Positions 31,744 through 40,786 of a stretch of 64,000 bases of DNA are shown piece after piece. The position numbers and the translations under genes are program-made. Location of the stretch: NCBI GenBank assembly GCA_965200965.1, contig OZ241744.1, positions 2,688,001-2,752,000 on the forward strand, read 5' to 3'. Position 1 is the first letter of the stretch; each line of letters starts with the position of its first letter. The notes under the pieces are model-generated. The model made no database searches. It was not told where the DNA came from and was given only the letters and a program-made list of their open reading frames with translations. The DNA comes from an uncultured Candidatus Binatia bacterium (GTDB lineage: Bacteria > Desulfobacterota > Binatia > Bin18).

Positions 31744-32711
31744 GCGATATGATACCAGCTTACTCAACCGAACTCGGACGCGCCTATGTCGGGGATTCTC
31801 TTGACCTGCTTCCACGGCTCGCTGACGACAGTATTAACCTTGTCATCACCAGTCCACCTTTTTCCCTCCAACGGAAGAAGGAATACGGCAACAAAGCGCA
31901 ACACCAGTATGTTGATTGGTTGGCGGAGTTTGCGCAGTTCGTCTTTTCGAAGCTGACTCAGGACGGCAGCTTTGTGATGGACATTGGTGGCTCGTATGAG
32001 AAGGGAGTGCCCGTGCGTAGCCTCTACCAGTTTCGCGTACTGCTGAAGTTTTGCGATGAGATCGGGTTCCATCTTGCCGAGGAATTTTACTGGTATAATC
32101 CCTCTAAGCTGCCAAGCCCCATTGAGTGGGTGAACAAGCGAAAGATTCGGGCAAAGGACGCGGTCAACACGATCTGGTGGCTGTCCAAAACCCCCTGGCC
32201 GAAAGCGAATATCTCAAACGTCCTCGCCCCGTACTCGGACAGGATGAAGCAACTGATTAAGGCCCCCGACAAGTTTTACCAGCCCAAGCTGCGGCCGTCC
32301 GGGCATGACATCAGCAAGAGATTTGCGAAAGATAATGGGGGCGCGATACCGTCTAATCTGCTGTCCTTTCCTAACTCGGAGTCGAATGGGCATTACTTGG
32401 CCCGCTGCAAGGCGGTCGGATCGAAGGGGCATCCCGCACGCTTCCCCGCCAAACTGCCCGAGTTCTTCATCCGGTTCCTGACAGACCCCGGCGATATGGT
32501 GCTCGACATCTTCGCCGGGTCGAATACGACTGGTGAGGTCGCAGAACGAGAGGGACGGCGTTGGATGGCATTTGAGGAACGGCGCGACTATGTTGCCGCG
32601 GCCGCAGTCAGGTTTCTCGAAGAGGAGGACGACTTGTCAGATGTGTTTACGCGTATCCAGAGCGGCGATCATGTCGTCTTAGCGAACCGGCAACGGCGGA
32701 GGAGTCACTAA
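31722..32711 (+). CDS. pvuIIM: N4-cytosine DNA methyltransferase, M.PvuII-like (beta class)
   Basis: TSPPF catalytic motif, NPSKLPSPIEWVNKRKIR, HPARFP, DIFAGS SAM motif; ATGs at 31722 and 31749. Confidence 0.93.
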   Translation: MRLHSISSDMIPAYSTELGRAYVGDSLDLLPRLADDSINLVITSPPFSLQRKKEYGNKAQHQYVDWLAEFAQFVFSKLTQDGSFVMDIGGSYEKGVPVRSLYQFRVLLKFCDEIGFHLAEEFYWYNPSKLPSPIEWVNKRKIRAKDAVNTIWWLSKTPWPKANISNVLAPYSDRMKQLIKAPDKFYQPKLRPSGHDISKRFAKDNGGAIPSNLLSFPNSESNGHYLARCKAVGSKGHPARFPAKLPEFFIRFLTDPGDMVLDIFAGSNTTGEVAEREGRRWMAFEERRDYVAAAAVRFLEEEDDLSDVFTRIQSGDHVVLANRQRRRSH

Positions 32712-32758
32712 GTTTGTGCTCTTGCCGTGGGTGCGAAAGTGGATTAGGCAGGAGGGGA
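32712..32758 (+). repeat. 47-bp direct repeat, right copy
   Basis: Identical to 30779-30825; followed by TATGA, the presumed original ampG stop. Confidence 0.95.
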
Positions 32759-32776
32759 TATGAACAGGGAGTCATC

Positions 32777-33445
32777 ATGAATCTTCTTCACACCGTATAC
32801 GAGCCGTCGGGCGATGGGCCACACCCGACCCTGCTGACCCTGCATGGCTGGGGCGCGAATGCGCTTGACCTCCTGGGCCTGGCCCCCCATCTGTGCGGTG
32901 GCGCGTTTCTGGTCATCTGCCCCCAAGGCCCGATCCGGGTTCCCCTTGGCGGCGCAACGGTCGGCTACGGCTGGTTTCCCATTACCGGTGCCGGGCCGGT
33001 CAATGTGCCGGCTGTCCTTGAGGCCCGGGAGCAGGTCGAGGCGTTTCTGGCCGACGCGCTCCAACGCTATCCCATCGATCAAAAAAAGCTGGCTCTGCTC
33101 GGCTTCAGTCAAGGCGGGGTCATGGCCTACGGCCTGGGCCTGGGTGAGCCTGAACGCTACGCCGGCTTAGCCGCCCTGAGTTCGTGGTTGCCCAAAGACC
33201 TGCTGAGCATCTTTCCTGATGTCCCGGCCACCGAACAGCTGCCCGTCCTTGTCCAGCACGGCAGTCAGGACGAGCTGGTTGACGCCGGCCGCGCCCGCCA
33301 GTCGGTTGAACTCCTGCGCAACGTGCGGGTCCCTCTCACCTACCGCGAGTATGAGATGGGACATCAGATCAACGCTGAGAGCCTGCGCGACCTCTCGAAC
33401 TGGCTGCAAGAAAAGGTCGTATCGCCGATTCAACTGTCCTCCTGA
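32777..33445 (+). CDS. phospholipase/carboxylesterase (alpha/beta hydrolase)
   Basis: LHGWG, GFSQGG nucleophile elbow, HGSQD, MGH. Confidence 0.9.
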   Translation: MNLLHTVYEPSGDGPHPTLLTLHGWGANALDLLGLAPHLCGGAFLVICPQGPIRVPLGGATVGYGWFPITGAGPVNVPAVLEAREQVEAFLADALQRYPIDQKKLALLGFSQGGVMAYGLGLGEPERYAGLAALSSWLPKDLLSIFPDVPATEQLPVLVQHGSQDELVDAGRARQSVELLRNVRVPLTYREYEMGHQINAESLRDLSNWLQEKVVSPIQLSS

Positions 33446-34371
33446 GCCAGGAAATGTCTGAGTTCGCGCACAAACAACTCAAGCTGATCGTGATGCACCC
33501 AGTGACCGGCGTTGGGGATGGTCACGATGGTGGGCTGTCGAAAGACATTGGCCCGGCCGTCTTTTTCCGGGTCTGAGGCCCACGAGTCGGCCCCCCGCAG
33601 GAGCAGGGTTGGGCAGTCAATGCGCCCCCAGATATCCTGGGCATCGCTCACATTAAACCGATAGGGCGACTGGGCGCGCACATAGTTATCGAACTTCCAG
33701 GTATATGTGCCATCCTCATTCCGATTGGCCCCGTACAGGGTCAGATGATGGGCCTGCTCCTGGCTGAGCCGGGGGTTGGCCTCGCGCATACGCTCGACGG
33801 CCTCCTCCAGGGTTTTGTAGCGCCGCGGCAGCCGACTGGCAAAATCGCGCATCTGCGACACCCACACCCGCATCCGCTCCTGGGCGTTTTTGGGCTGTTC
33901 CGCAAGCATGTGGGGCGGCGGTCCCAGCCCTTCAATGGCGACGACTGTTTTGACCCGGTCGGGGTAGACCCCGGCGTACTGGAGCACAACCCCGCCGCCG
34001 AGCGAGTGGCCGACGAGCGTCACCGGACGGAATGTGTAATCAGATGGAACGGCCGGCGACACGTTCCGTCTTTCCGGAAGCCGGGCGGTCTGGGCCAACA
34101 ACTGGGCGATATCGACCACATGTTCAATCATAGAGTATTCGCTGCCACGCGCCCACTCTGAGTCGCCGTGTCCGCGCAGGTCCGGGGCGATGATGTGATA
34201 GTCCTCCCGAAAGGCTTGGGCGACCCAGTCCCAGTTCCGGCAATGGTCCCGCCCGCCATGAATAAGCGCCATCAGCGGCTTGTCTGGATTGCCCCAGTCA
34301 ACGTAGTGGAGTTTGAGGCGTTGGGAATAGAAGTAGTGTGAAGTCGGTCCGATAATCTGTTGCCCCGGCAT
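33430..34371 (-). CDS. alpha/beta hydrolase
   Basis: IHGG, DLRGHGDS, GHSLGG, AGHWVHHD. Confidence 0.9.
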   Translation of the reverse strand: MPGQQIIGPTSHYFYSQRLKLHYVDWGNPDKPLMALIHGGRDHCRNWDWVAQAFREDYHIIAPDLRGHGDSEWARGSEYSMIEHVVDIAQLLAQTARLPERRNVSPAVPSDYTFRPVTLVGHSLGGGVVLQYAGVYPDRVKTVVAIEGLGPPPHMLAEQPKNAQERMRVWVSQMRDFASRLPRRYKTLEEAVERMREANPRLSQEQAHHLTLYGANRNEDGTYTWKFDNYVRAQSPYRFNVSDAQDIWGRIDCPTLLLRGADSWASDPEKDGRANVFRQPTIVTIPNAGHWVHHDQLELFVRELRHFLAQEDS

Positions 34372-34531
34372 AGCGCTTTCTCTCTGGCCCGGATTGTAGA
34401 CAGGGACAAGGCTCTTCCGCAACGGGCAGAGATCACGAAACGACGGACAAGGAATGGTTTTTCCTGGCATTTCTGCGATAATACGCCCGTGCGGCGTTCG
34501 CACTGGGCCGCCCGACGGACAGGGTGCGACT

Positions 34532-35224
34532 ATGGCAATTCCAGGTGAACACATGTGTACCACGGAGACAAAGGTATTCCCCTTGGAAGAGGAGTTTGAG
34601 CGACGCTATGAGGCCATGCCCACGGTGAAGAAGGCGGAACTGATTAGCGGAGTGGTATGCCGGGGCTCACCTGTTCGCTTCGAGAACCACGGCTCACCTC
34701 ACGCCGAGTTGCTGCCCTGGTTGGGGACGTATCGCGCGTTTACCCCCGGAGCCCGGCTGGGGGATAATGCGACCGTGCGGCTGGGTCTGGAGAGCGAGTT
34801 GCAGCCGGATGCCTTGCTGTGCATCGCCGTCGAGGCCGGTGGCAATTCGCGGATCAGTGAAGACGATTATGTGGAAGGCGCTCCTGAGCTGGTTGCCAAA
34901 ATCGCGGCTGGTAGTGCGTCGTATGATTTGCATGAGAAGATGGGCGTCTATCGCCGCAACGGGGTGCAGGAGTATCTGGTCTGTCGGGTAGATGATGGGC
35001 AGATTGACTGGTTCGTCCTCCAGGTCGGGATGTATACCAGACTGACGCCCGATGACGCTGGCGTTCTCTCCAGCCGGGTGTTTCCGAGCCTGTGTCCGGC
35101 CCGGTCGGCCCTGCTGGCGGGTGACATGGCTCGGGTCGTGCCCGAGTTGCAGAAAGGGCTGGGAAGGGCTGAGCACACCGGGTTTGTTGCCCGGCTGCGA
35201 CAGGCCGGACGGACGGAACATTGA
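34532..35224 (+). CDS. Uma2-family endonuclease, possibly degenerate
   Basis: EFERRYEAMP..KKAELI, QPDALL, GAPELV, YRRNGVQEYLV; Lys where Glu is expected in PELVxE. Confidence 0.75.
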   Translation: MAIPGEHMCTTETKVFPLEEEFERRYEAMPTVKKAELISGVVCRGSPVRFENHGSPHAELLPWLGTYRAFTPGARLGDNATVRLGLESELQPDALLCIAVEAGGNSRISEDDYVEGAPELVAKIAAGSASYDLHEKMGVYRRNGVQEYLVCRVDDGQIDWFVLQVGMYTRLTPDDAGVLSSRVFPSLCPARSALLAGDMARVVPELQKGLGRAEHTGFVARLRQAGRTEH

Positions 35225-35233
35225 ACCGACGCC

Positions 35234-36253
35234 ATGCTGGAAGTATTCATCCTCCTCAAACGCTTTGCCCAGACGCTCCGCAAGGACCGGCTGGACCGCG
35301 TTCTGCTCGCCCTGGTCATAATCACCCTGGCCGGAATGCTGGGCATTACCTACTTTGACTCGCTGCCGCTGGCCGACTCGCTGTGGTGGACGATTGTCAC
35401 CATTACCACCGTTGGCTATGGAGATATCTATCCGGCCTCTGTGGGCGGCAGGGTGGTCGGAGTGTTGCTGATGCTGTTCGGCATCGGCTTTCTGGGCCTG
35501 CTGACGGCGACCCTGGCCAGCAGCTTTGTTGAGGAACGACGGCAGGAGGAAAAAGGCGTGAATCCGGTACATGTCACACAGCATCTGCTGCTGTGCGGCT
35601 GGAGCCATAAGGCCGGGAAAATTATTGAAGAGATTCAGGCCGACGCCGCGGCCGATATCAGCGTGGTGGTCGTGATCGCCGACCTGGCGGAAAAACCGCT
35701 GGACGACGACCGGGTGTATTTTGTGCGGGGGCCAATCACCCAGGCAGCCCTGGAGAAGGCCAACGCCCGGTACGCCCGGGCGGCCATTGTCATGGCCGAT
35801 ACAAGCCTTGAACCCCATACCCAGGACGCCAAGACCATTCTCAATACGCTGACGATCAAGTCCACCTACCCGGACCTGTATACCACGGTTGAGCTGGTGG
35901 ACCGGGACAATGTTGAACACTGCCGGCTGACCAAGGCCGACGAGATTATTATTTCGGGCGAGATGAGCACCAATCTGCTGGTCCGGTCCAGCCTTGACCA
36001 CGGGGTGACACAGATTATTACCGAGTTGGTGAGCAGCCGGTTTGGGAGTGAAATCTATAAGATCGCACCGCCCCGGGACTGCCTTGGCCGGCCTTTCCTC
36101 GAGGCCCTGACCCGGCTCAAGACCGACCGCAATATCATCGCACTGGCGGTGGAGAGTGCCGCGCAAGGCCGCTTTCTTGCCAATCCGCCGAATAGCTATA
36201 TAATTGACACTGGCGATCGGCTCATTGTGGTTGGCAAAGATCGCCAAGCTTAG
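35234..36253 (+). CDS. 2-TM potassium channel with RCK (TrkA-N/C) domain
   Basis: TTVGYGD selectivity filter, two TM helices, LLCGWS Rossmann-like domain, GDRLIVVG end. Confidence 0.92.
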   Translation: MLEVFILLKRFAQTLRKDRLDRVLLALVIITLAGMLGITYFDSLPLADSLWWTIVTITTVGYGDIYPASVGGRVVGVLLMLFGIGFLGLLTATLASSFVEERRQEEKGVNPVHVTQHLLLCGWSHKAGKIIEEIQADAAADISVVVVIADLAEKPLDDDRVYFVRGPITQAALEKANARYARAAIVMADTSLEPHTQDAKTILNTLTIKSTYPDLYTTVELVDRDNVEHCRLTKADEIIISGEMSTNLLVRSSLDHGVTQIITELVSSRFGSEIYKIAPPRDCLGRPFLEALTRLKTDRNIIALAVESAAQGRFLANPPNSYIIDTGDRLIVVGKDRQA

Positions 36254-36261
36254 GAGGAGAC

Positions 36262-36660
36262 ATGCCCGCAGACTATTTCGAGACGGTCAAGACCTTTCTG
36301 CTGGACTTAGGCTACGCGATTACCGAAGAGGACCCGGCCCAGGAGTTGGTGGTTGTCCAGGATGGAGAGAACGGCATTACCAATCTGATTGTGGACTGTG
36401 AAGACCCGATCCTCATCCTGGAGCAGATGATCCTGCCGGTGCCGAACAACCCGGGCCAGATGTTCCGGCGCCTGCTGCAAATGAACCGGACCCTGGTCCA
36501 CGGCGCGTTTGTGTTGAACGAAGCCGGTACGCTGGTCTTGTTTCGAGACACCTTGCGGCTGGAGAACCTGGACCTGAACGAACTCGAAGGCTCTATCGAA
36601 GCGCTCAGCTTGGCCCTGGCCGAAAACGCCGAGGAGTTGCTGGCCTTCAGCAAACAATAA
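36262..36660 (+). CDS. YbjN/CesT-like chaperone-fold protein
   Basis: Small acidic protein, LLQMNRTLVHGAF, FRDTLxLENLD; directly upstream of pspA. Confidence 0.75.
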   Translation: MPADYFETVKTFLLDLGYAITEEDPAQELVVVQDGENGITNLIVDCEDPILILEQMILPVPNNPGQMFRRLLQMNRTLVHGAFVLNEAGTLVLFRDTLRLENLDLNELEGSIEALSLALAENAEELLAFSKQ

Positions 36661-36672
36661 GGAGGAACCCCT

Positions 36673-37389
36673 ATGGCAAGTGTTTTTCAGCGACTATTCA
36701 AGTTTGGACAATCCGAGGCCCACGCCGTCCTGGACAAATTTGAAGACCCGATCAAAATGACCGAGCAGGGCATCCGTGACCTCAAGCGTGACCTTCAGTC
36801 CAGCATGGGCAGCCTGGCCGAGGTCAAAGCCATTGCCATCCGGCTCAGGCGAGACGCCGATGACAACAAGAGCATGGCCGCCGAGTACGAGCGCAAGGCC
36901 ATGCTGCTGCTCCAGAAGATGCAGAACGGCGCGCTTGACCAGGCCGAAGCCGAGCGTCTGGCCAGCGAAGCCCTGCGGCGCAAAGAAGAGTGTCTGGAAA
37001 AAACCACCCGCAGCCAGCAGGACTGGCAGGCCCAGGACAACATGGCCTCGCAGCTTCAGGGCAAAATCGAGAAGCTCAAGGCCACCGTCTCCAAATATGA
37101 GAACGACCTGGTCACCCTCAAAGCCCGGGCCAAAACAGCGGCGTCAACCAAGAAGATCAACCAGCAACTGTCCAAGATCGACTCATCCGGCACCATTGCC
37201 ATGCTGGAAAAGATGCGCACCAAGGTTGAGGAAGACGAGTCGCTGGCCCAGGCCTACGGCTCTCTGGCCGACGCCGACCAGACCATTGAGGAGGAGATTG
37301 ACACCGCACTGACCTCCAACACCGCGCCGGTGACCAACAACGCCCTGGCCGACCTGAAGGCCAAAATGGGCCTTACCGCCAGCCCATAG
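36673..37389 (+). CDS. pspA: PspA/IM30 family protein
   Basis: N-terminal amphipathic MASVFQRL, EDPIKM.EQ.IRD, long coiled coil, LADLKAKMG end. Confidence 0.92.
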   Translation: MASVFQRLFKFGQSEAHAVLDKFEDPIKMTEQGIRDLKRDLQSSMGSLAEVKAIAIRLRRDADDNKSMAAEYERKAMLLLQKMQNGALDQAEAERLASEALRRKEECLEKTTRSQQDWQAQDNMASQLQGKIEKLKATVSKYENDLVTLKARAKTAASTKKINQQLSKIDSSGTIAMLEKMRTKVEEDESLAQAYGSLADADQTIEEEIDTALTSNTAPVTNNALADLKAKMGLTASP

Positions 37390-37402
37390 CAGGAGCACCC
37401 CG

Positions 37403-37948
37403 ATGGCCTTGCGCACCTGGTTGAAGGGATTGTTTGCCGACACAGAGCCGGAGGTGGGCCCGCTCACCCTCTCTCTGGCCGACTTGAAAAAAGGTTATCT
37501 GGTTGATTACGACCTCAAAACCTGGCAGGTCAACAGCCACAACCGCTATGACTTTGACGGCGACCAGGCCCAGGAATGGGAGCTCTTCTCGGGCGATGAC
37601 CGCTGCTATCTCAGCGTTGAGCGGGATGACGAGGACGAGTGGGCAATCAGCCGCAAAATTGCCTTCTCGGCCCTCGACCCGGCGGTCAAAGACCACCTGC
37701 TCCAGCACGACGACCCGCCCCAGACGATTGTCTACGACGGAACCCGCTACCGCCTCGAAGAGAGCGGGGCCGGCCATTTCTTTCCCGATGGCCGGCTCGC
37801 CGGCGACGAGATGATCTACTGGGACTACACCGACGAGACGGGTGAGCAACTGCTGACCATTGAGCAGTGGGACGAGGACGAGTTTGAAGCCTCGGTCGGC
37901 AAGACCGTCAACGAGTACGAGTTTCGTAACATCCTGGCCCCAGCATAA
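37403..37948 (+). CDS. DUF4178 domain protein
   Basis: Acidic, Trp-rich (EWEL, YWDY, IEQW); downstream of pspA. Confidence 0.75.
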   Translation: MALRTWLKGLFADTEPEVGPLTLSLADLKKGYLVDYDLKTWQVNSHNRYDFDGDQAQEWELFSGDDRCYLSVERDDEDEWAISRKIAFSALDPAVKDHLLQHDDPPQTIVYDGTRYRLEESGAGHFFPDGRLAGDEMIYWDYTDETGEQLLTIEQWDEDEFEASVGKTVNEYEFRNILAPA

Positions 37949-37959
37949 GGAGTGACCGG

Positions 37960-38077
37960 GTGAAGGTCGAAGCGCAACCCAGCCTGCCGTCCGTCGTTCT
38001 GCACTGCGGTCCGCTGCTCCACAAGCTGAACGATCATGAATTCTTCGAGTTTTGCCAGCTCAACTCAGGGTGGCGCA
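37960..38077 (+). pseudogene. 5' fragment of a Uma2-family gene truncated at the island edge
   Basis: AAGGAG RBS then VKVEAQPSLPSVVLHCGPLLHKLNDHEFFEFCQLNSGWR, resembling the Uma2 N-terminus; similarity ends abruptly. Confidence 0.6.
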
Positions 38078-38089
38078 AGGATATGCCGA

Positions 38090-38953
38090 ATGAAGAAGAA
38101 GACCCTGCTTGAGCGGATTCTATGGCGATTGTGGAGAAAGATCTGTCATATGCGGCAGGTGGCCCTAGCGGCCCTGATTGTCGCCCCGGTCTTGGTGGCC
38201 TTGCAGTGTGTGGGGGTAGTCAAAGCGCAGGTAGGTTTTCCCCAGCACCAGAATCGCGTTGTCCGCTATGTGGACATTACTTGTCTGACCCCTAATGACG
38301 CGGGGACGGAAGCCCTCGCGCTTGAAGCTCTTGGCGGTATGCGTCCGCATGGTGCTACTGTCTTTTTCTATAACCGCCTGACCGGGGTTCGGAAGTACTG
38401 GGTTTTTTATGCCCCCTCCAATGAGTGGATAAAGGGCGTCAGCCGCTACTACGGCTACACTTCACCACTCTTCACAGTCAATTCACCCTACAGACCTCCC
38501 CTCAACATCAATGACCTAACACCTTGTAAAGGAGAGGCAGGCCGAAGCCTGGAAGTCCCTGCTGACGGCTCATTCCAGAGCGGCATGGGCTTCATCTCCG
38601 GCTGGGTCTGTGAGGGGAGCCGTGTTGAACTCCTCATAGACGACACAAGTCGGTTATCCGTTGCCACGGGGATTAGCCGGGATGACACCGAGGCGTTTTG
38701 CGGTCATACCCGTAACGGCTTCATCACGCAATTCAACTGGAACCTGATTGGGGAAGGCCAGCATACCGTCAGTTTGATTGTTGACGGGGAAACGCTTCAA
38801 ACCAACACCTTCACCGTCACCACCTTGGGGGAGGAGTTTGTCCGGGGAGCCTCTGGGGAGTGTACGATTACCGACTTCCCCAGCACGGGGGAAACAGCCA
38901 CCTTCAGGTGGCAAGAACCCGTGCTGGGGCTTGTGTTGACCGAAACTGAATAG
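38090..38953 (+). CDS. hypothetical exported protein with a C-terminal beta-rich domain
   Basis: Hydrophobic signal-like stretch; C-terminal LEVP..SFQSG.G.ISGWVC...NWNL.G.G.H...TTLGEEF.RG...FP domain; start uncertain. Confidence 0.7.
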   Translation: MKKKTLLERILWRLWRKICHMRQVALAALIVAPVLVALQCVGVVKAQVGFPQHQNRVVRYVDITCLTPNDAGTEALALEALGGMRPHGATVFFYNRLTGVRKYWVFYAPSNEWIKGVSRYYGYTSPLFTVNSPYRPPLNINDLTPCKGEAGRSLEVPADGSFQSGMGFISGWVCEGSRVELLIDDTSRLSVATGISRDDTEAFCGHTRNGFITQFNWNLIGEGQHTVSLIVDGETLQTNTFTVTTLGEEFVRGASGECTITDFPSTGETATFRWQEPVLGLVLTETE

Positions 38954-38961
38954 GGGGAACT

Positions 38962-39117
38962 ATGACGGATGAACTGGCCAAACTCCGGGCCGAAAATGAG
39001 CGACTCCGGGAGGAACTGGAAATCATGGCCGACGAGGTGGGGAGGTGGGCCGGGGATTTTCAACACCGGGCCAAGCTCTTGCTGGCAACCCTGAACAAGC
39101 CTGCCGAGACCGAGTAG
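38962..39117 (+). CDS. small coiled-coil hypothetical protein (51 aa)
   Basis: GGGGG RBS; MTDELAKLRAENERLREELEIMADEVGRWAGDFQHRAKLLLATLNKPAETE; below the ORF-track cutoff. Confidence 0.55.
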   Translation: MTDELAKLRAENERLREELEIMADEVGRWAGDFQHRAKLLLATLNKPAETE

Positions 39118-39130
39118 CGGGGGAATCGTC

Positions 39131-39637
39131 ATGACCTGGCTAGCTCTGATTCTGGCCTGCCTCCTGGCGGGATGTACAATGCAGGACTGGCAACCCCCGC
39201 CAGTTGACCCCCCGGATTGGGAAGCTCTCACTAAGGGACAGCCGCCCGGCTTTGTCCTAACGGAGGCGTGTAAGGAGGCCGCCCTTCTCCCCCCGACTCC
39301 AGCCCATCCGGACGGACACTTTCCCAATCTTGAGTGTATGGCTTCCCAACCGAACCTTTCGGAATCAGGCAAGGAAAAGGTAATCGGTCATATGATTGGC
39401 GGACTGGAAAAATACCTTGCCGACAAAATAGAGATGTACAGAAAAAATGCCTTCAGATTAGACGCAATGGGCTTCAATAGTGACGCTGTACGCCGGCAAT
39501 GCGAGGGAGACTTCAGAGTAGTAGCCGAGACCCCACTACAGATTGACTTGTCTGCTTGGCCCCATGAACTGGCAGATAGGCTTGCCGTCAGGACTAGGGA
39601 AACAACTTTGCGGTTTATGCCGCAGTGTTGGTGGTAG
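39131..39637 (+). CDS. hypothetical lipoprotein
   Basis: MTWLALILACLLAG-C lipobox; RBS present. Confidence 0.65.
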   Translation: MTWLALILACLLAGCTMQDWQPPPVDPPDWEALTKGQPPGFVLTEACKEAALLPPTPAHPDGHFPNLECMASQPNLSESGKEKVIGHMIGGLEKYLADKIEMYRKNAFRLDAMGFNSDAVRRQCEGDFRVVAETPLQIDLSAWPHELADRLAVRTRETTLRFMPQCWW

Positions 39638-39646
39638 GGCCGCCAT

Positions 39647-39868
39647 ATGGATTTACTTGTCGGCCTGATTCCTGTCGTCTTCTTGCTCTTCCCCACGATT
39701 TGGCAACTGTCGGCCTAGCTGTGTCAACTGAAAATACTAGGCCGGGTTGTCTTGGTAGCGGCCTGCTGCCTGTTCCTTTGGAACTGGGAGTTTGCGTTTC
39801 CGGTCATCAGCCTACTACTGCGGCTCTTGGGCATTGACCCGAAACCCCAGATTGAGTTTCACCCCTGA
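39647..39868 (+). pseudogene. small membrane protein ORF interrupted by an in-frame TAG
   Basis: MDLLVGLIPVVFLLFPTIWQLSA-TAG(39716)-LCQLKILGRVVLVAACCLFLWNWEFAFPVISLLLRLLGIDPKPQIEFHP. Confidence 0.45.
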
Positions 39869-40712
39869 CCCCGGCCTAGCTTAGGCCGGGCTAGCATAGT
39901 TTTTCAGGAGAAAATTATTAGAGCGTTTATCGCTTCAAAGGCCAAGAAAAAAGATGGCCCTAGTAGGATGCTTGAGGGACCTGTAAAAGTCCGGTATTGG
40001 CCCAAATTGGGCTGAAAAGTCACTCTTGATATCCAGGCAGACTTGCTACACTGAGGGAAGAAGAAAGGAAAAGCCACTTGGCAGGCAAATACCAGGCGGC
40101 TTTGAATTGCCGGGTAATCCAAACCGCCCGGCTGACTCCCAGCAAGTGGAGGTCAGAGCGTTAATAGGAGTAACGCCATGTCCAGCAGTGTAACAGACAA
40201 GCATGGTATAAAGGTGGGGATAGTGCGCCTTGCGTGTCCCTCAGTCAGAACCCCTATTTTCAGGGCGTTTGCGGAATCCCCCGGTCTATGAGAGCCGCCA
40301 CCGTATCCCGTATCAGCCCCCGCATTTTTGGCCCGGGTGGAATGAGCAGGCCCCCAAACTCTCCCCATCTTGGGCAGTCTTGCCCCCCTGGTCGGATGTA
40401 GCCGAGTTCTTCCGGGCGCGTCACGTCGCGGCTGACTGTCCGCTCACAACACCCCAAGCCCTTGGCCAGCTTGGCCCGGCCAGGAAAGAACGAGGCTGAA
40501 CCCGTTGTCAGCTACCCCGAGAGCAAAGAAATACTCTGACCGGCGTAGGAGTTTACTGGCATAGCCGGGGATGTACTCGTCGGGCTGGAAAGGTTGGGCA
40601 GCGGTGTTGACAGTGTGGGATTTTGTGGCTGTGAGGAGCATACGCTTTTCCTTTCTGGCAAAGTGGGAATTGCTACATTCCTTTTGCCTTCCACAGGGGC
40701 AAGGAGTATGAA

Positions 40713-40757
40713 GAAGCCGCCGGGTTGCTAAGCCATGCATTACCGGCGGCTTTTTTT
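40713..40757 (+). terminator. GC-rich hairpin with T-tract (terminator, or structured leader on the minus strand)
   Basis: AAGCCGCCGG...CCGGCGGCTTTTTTT. Confidence 0.55.
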
Positions 40758-40786
40758 GCCCCGTGGGCGGTCTAACCCGGCCAGCT

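Larger units (their letters stand above)
30826..32711. mobile_element. restriction-modification cassette inserted with long target duplication
   Basis: R-C-M genes bounded exactly by the 47-bp repeats; no integrase or transposase. Confidence 0.85.

Noticed and set aside
32714-32776. Cys-rich N-terminal extension of the esterase (MCSCRGCES...)
   Set aside because: It is the right 47-bp repeat read in another frame; the start at 32777 has an RBS.
34694-36247. 517-aa minus-strand ORF (and similar long ORFs at 1650-2858, 52194-53615, 62477-63592)
   Set aside because: Antisense shadows of recognisable genes in GC-rich DNA, with no motifs of their own.
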